In this document: positions 59,455 to 64,000 of the stretch, one piece after another
Numbering within the stretch: position 1 is the first letter of the stretch
How the letters are laid out: each line of letters starts with the position of its first letter
DNA from: the human T2T-CHM13v2.0 reference genome, Homo sapiens
Length of the DNA: 64,000 bases
Strand: one strand, 5' to 3'
Assembly: GCF_009914755.1 (NCBI RefSeq)
Contig: NC_060934.1
Translations under genes and position numbers: made by a program
Notes under the pieces: generated by a model
The model's input: the letters and a program-made list of their open reading frames with translations, nothing else
Told to the model about the DNA's origin: nothing
Databases searched by the model: none

Positions 59455-59615
59455 TTAAAGCTGTGGTTTTGTAACTTAGTGAGCCTAAATAGCAGCAGGA
59501 GGGGGACTGTAAAATGCAGATGCCCAGGACCCTTCACAGAGATCCTATTTCCCAGGCCAGGTATCTACGTTTTCAACATGCATCCAGGGGATATTCACAA
59601 AACAGGACATTATTT
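59455..59615. mobile_element. MER5A-like hAT remnant
   Basis: aaaatgcagatgcccaggaccc...gtatctacgttttcaac similarity. Confidence 0.5.
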
Positions 59616-60384
59616 TAGATACATGTTATTATTTAAGAGAGGTATAATGCTTGTTCTTTTTTCCTTAAACCAAAAAGCAAAACAAGTGTCAAAATCCTTA
59701 CTTGGAGCAGCTGCCAAAAATAGTTGAAAACACTCCAGAATGATTAAATCAGGATCGAATGTCAGAGCCACGGAAAAGAGCCGTGCGACCGACTGCATCA
59801 CACGATCCCTCAGTCTGAATAATGCGTCCAGCCATGACTGTGAATCTGTGTGAATTATGAAAAACTAGGTGTTGTGAGTCTAAGCTACTAATCATATTTC
59901 TTACAGTTTCAACTTATAATGGGCACTTTAATCTAGGAATGTCACTCAACAATATTTAAATCAATTATGCATATATTTTAAAGTATTTCTGAACAAATAA
60001 AAAACGGCTTTAAAAGCTACTTCAGTCTATGGTATAAGGTGCTCTAGCATTTTTCTATTTGGAAACTGATTTCAATCAACATGATATAAAATTGTCTAAA
60101 GTGTTATTTCACCTATTAATGTTTAAAATATTTTTCTCAGGTTAAAGGACATTTTAATTTGTATAGGAAATATGATAAAAGATTCTAGAAAATATATTTT
60201 TTATTATCAAATTCGCAGAAGGATACAAAATCTAAAACGTCGTTTACTAAGAATTGTATAATTTTAATATGCCACTATTTAAAAAGATCAAGCATAGTTT
60301 GCCTTTTGCTTGGTTTTGTGTATAATCTAACAGTTAATTGTGTCAAAACAAGAGTGCATGACTTTCAGTTGCTGAATAACACAT

Positions 60385-60885
60385 TATTCAGTAAAGATCC
60401 AAAACAACATCATCCACCTTACCCTCACTGATTTTTACATGTTATTTATTTATTTATTTATTTATTTATGAGACAGAGTCTTGCTATGTCGCCCAGGCTG
60501 GAGTACAGTGGGCGATCTCAGCTCACTGCAACCTCCGTCCCCTGGGTTCAAGCAGTTCTCCTGCCTCAGCCTCCCAAGTAGCTGGGATTACAGGCACATG
60601 CCACCACACCCAGCTAATTTTTGTATTTTTAGTAGAGATGGGATTTCGCCATGCTGGCCAGGCTCATCCTGATTTCCTGACCTCAAGTGATCTGCCCACC
60701 TCAGCCTCCCAAAGGGCTGAGATTACAGGTACGAGCCAGCATGCCCGGATGGCCTCACTGATTTTTATAATAGCCCAATGACTGCAGAATACATTATTTT
60801 CAAGTACCCATAAAATGTCCACCAAAAAGGCCATATGCTAGACCAAAAAATATGTCTCCATACATTTCAAAAGACTGCAAAAATC
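60385..60885 (+). mobile_element. Old L1M ORF2 endonuclease-region fragment interrupted by an Alu
   Basis: actgcagaatacattattttcaagtacccat...ccatatgctagacc resembles L1 EN coding sequence. Confidence 0.6.
60442..60753 (-). mobile_element. Alu (AluS-like) with (TTTA)n tail
   Basis: Antisense Alu; TSD cctcactgattttta. Confidence 0.93.
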
Positions 60886-61437
60886 ATTGTGCTGAACATC
60901 TACATCATGATGTTCTACTGGCTCCAAACATAAACTCTGAGGGCATCTAATGTCAGCTGGAGTGCAAGGGGACAAATGGAAACAGTAATTGGTACTGCAT
61001 AACCCTTCAGGCCTTACTACATTATGCTGAGCATAAATGAGTCCATTGAGTTCAGCATTCTCAGAAGCATTGAGATCGTACAGCCCCATAAATCCTACTT
61101 GTGCAACAACCAAACTTCCACAACAGGTTATTCCAAGCCATGCACCAGGGCCAGGCATATCCCAGAAAACATGTTATAAGCCACGCCTCGCTAGCTCTAT
61201 GGAAAGGCACAAAGTCAAGGTGTAAAGAAGGATGGCAGAACCCCGAGGGAAAACCTGCGTCTGTAAAAGTAAAAAGGAAACGTGGTGGAGAAACAGGCGT
61301 GCTCATCTCAGCTGCTCAGAGTACAGAGAGTGCCAAAGGGAAAAGCGTACAGGTGAGCACAGCAGCTGTCTCCATAGTCATCTAAGTGTCCACAGCAAGT
61401 ACAACGAGACTGTACATGAATCCATACATCAAAACAC

Positions 61438-61628
61438 AGCCGAGCGCAGTGGCTCATGCCTGTAGTCCCAGCACTTTGGGAGGTCGAGGCAGGAGGAGCA
61501 CTTGAGCCCACGAGTTTGAGACAAGCCTTGGCAACACAATGAGACCCTGTCTCTACAAAAATGTTTACATAAATTAGCCAGGCATCGTGCAGTATGCCTG
61601 TAGTCCCAACTACTCAAGAGGTGAGGTG
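61438..61628 (+). mobile_element. AluJ 5' portion, cut by L1 insertion
   Basis: Alu stops in the right arm and joins L1 ORF2 directly. Confidence 0.85.
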
Positions 61629-62452
61629 GCACCCAAATAGGAAGAGAGGAAGTCAAACTCTCCCTGTTTGCAGATGATATGGTTCTATACCTAGAAAACC
61701 CCACAGTCTCTGCCCAAAAGCTCCTTGATCTGATAAACAACTTCAGCAAAGTTTCAGGATGCAAAACCAATGTATAAAAATCAGTAGCATTCCTACACAC
61801 CAACAACATCCAAACTAAGAGCCAAATCAGAAACACAATCCCATTCCCAATAGCCACAAAAAGAATAACATGCCTAGGAATACAGCTAACCAAAGAAACG
61901 AAAGATCTCTACAATGAGAATTTAAAAACACTGCTCAAAGAAACCAGATATGATATAAACAAATGGAAAAATGTTCCATGCTCTTGGATTGAAACAACAA
62001 ATATTGTTAAAATGGCCACACTGTCCAAAGCAATTTACAGATTCAATGCTACCCCTATCAAACTATACCAATGACAATCTTCACAGAATTGGAAAAAAAG
62101 AATAATTCACATAGAACTGAAAAAGAGCCTGAATAGCCAAGGCAATCCTAAGCAAAAAGAACAAAGCTGGAGGCATCACATTACCCAACTATAAACTACA
62201 GTACAAGGCTACAGTAACCAAAACAGCATGGTACTGGTACAAAAATGGACACACAGACCCATGGAACAGAAGAGAGAGCCCAGAAATAATGCCACACACC
62301 TACAACCATCTGATCTTTGACAAAGCTGACAAAAACAAGCAACAGGGAAAGAACACCCCATTCAATAAATGGTGCTGGGATAACAGGCTAGCCATATGCT
62401 GAATATTGACACTGGACCCCTTCCTTACACCACACATAAAAATCAATTCAAA

Positions 62453-62750
<298 letters not shown>

Positions 62751-63093
62751 TCAATTCAAGATGGATTAAAGAATTAAATATAAAATCTAAAACTATAAAA
62801 ACCCTGGAAGATAACCTAGGAAATACCATTCTGACCATAGGTCCTGGACGAGACTTCATGATGAAGACAGCAAAAACAATTGCAACAAAAACAAAAATTG
62901 ACAAATGGGACCTAATTAAACTAAAAACCTTCTGCACAGCAAAAGAAACTATCAACAGAGTAAACAGACAACCTACAGAATGGGAGAAAATATTTGCAAA
63001 TTATGCATCCAACAAAGGTTGAATATCCAGCATCTATAAAGAACTTAAGCAAACTAACAAGCATAAAACAACCCCATTAAAAAGTGGGCAAAG

Positions 63094-63380
63094 AGGCCAG
63101 GCATGGTGGCTTACGCCTGTAATCCTAGCACTTTGGGAGGCCAAGGAGGGTGGATCACCTGAGGTCAGGAGTTTGAGACCAGTCTGGCCAACGTGACAAA
63201 ACCCATATCTACTAAAAATACAAAAATTAGCCGGGCATGGTGGCGGGCACCTGTAATCCCAGCTACTCGGGAGGCTGAGGCCAGAGAATCGCTTAAACCC
63301 AGGGGATGGAGGTTGCAGTGAGCTGAGATTGTGCCACTTCACTCCAGCTTGGACAAAAGAGCGAGACTCCATCTCAAAAC
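63094..63380 (+). mobile_element. Alu (AluSx-like) within L1
   Basis: TSD aaagtgg(g/a)caaaga. Confidence 0.94.
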
Positions 63381-64000
63381 AAAGTGGACAAAGAACAAGA
63401 ACAGACGCTTTTCAAAAGAATACATACACATGGCCAATAAGCTTATGAAAAAATGTTCAACATTACTATCATTAGAGAAATGCAAATCAAAACCACAATG
63501 AGACACCACCTCACACCAGTCAGAGTGGCAATTATTAAATAAAACAATACAACCGTGTCGCGTGAGAAATTCGAAGAAAAAAATTAAAAGTCAAAAAATA
63601 ACAGATGCTGGCAAGGGTGTGGAGAAAAGGGAATGTTTATACGCTGCTGGTGGGAATGTAAATTAGTTTGGCCATTGTGGAAAGCAGTGTGGCAATTTCC
63701 CAATGAATTTAAAACAGGGTTATCATTCAACCCAGCAATCCCATTACTGTGTATATATCCAAAGAAATATAAACTGTTCTGCCATAAAGACACATGCACA
63801 CATATGTTCATCACAACACTATTCACAATAGCAAAGACATGGAATCAACCTAAATATCTTTCAGTGGTAGAGTGGATAAAGAAAATGTGGTACAAACATA
63901 CCATGGAACACTAGGCAGCCATAAAAAATAACAAGGTCATGTTTTTTGCAACAACATGAATGGAGCTAGAGGCTATTATTGCTAAGTGAACTAACATGGG

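Noticed and set aside
59760-59805. Possible C/D box snoRNA (GTGATG...CTGA on the minus strand)
   Set aside because: Box C imperfect, spacing too short, no terminal stem

Overview
Primate, very probably human, genomic DNA. It is Alu/L1-rich and contains no recognisable canonical coding exon, rRNA, tRNA or CRISPR array. The clearest gene-derived features are two processed ribosomal-protein pseudogenes on the minus strand: RPL37-derived (~34.3-34.6 kb) and RPS12-derived (~46.1-46.6 kb). Nearly all L1 copies and the LTR lie on the + strand, which points to a long intron of a minus-strand gene. From memory (unverified), this pseudogene pair fits RPL37P18/RPS12P16 in the phase-0 intron 2 of PARD3 (10p11). 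The top finding is a repeat-free minus-strand segment at 49368-49508. It has a strong-Kozak ATG, encodes 47 basic/Ser-rich codons, and ends in phase 0 at a CAG|GTTGGT donor. It looks like an alternative first coding exon that would swap the PARD3 CR1 oligomerisation domain for a polybasic, kinase-site-rich N-terminus. Other items: further cryptic or poison exon candidates, two same-orientation CTCF motifs, a motif-switched (AACAG)15 Alu-tail repeat, head-to-head Alus 26 nt apart, and a young L1PA2 insertion with a 19-bp TSD. Repeat subfamily calls and boundaries were made by eye and are approximate.
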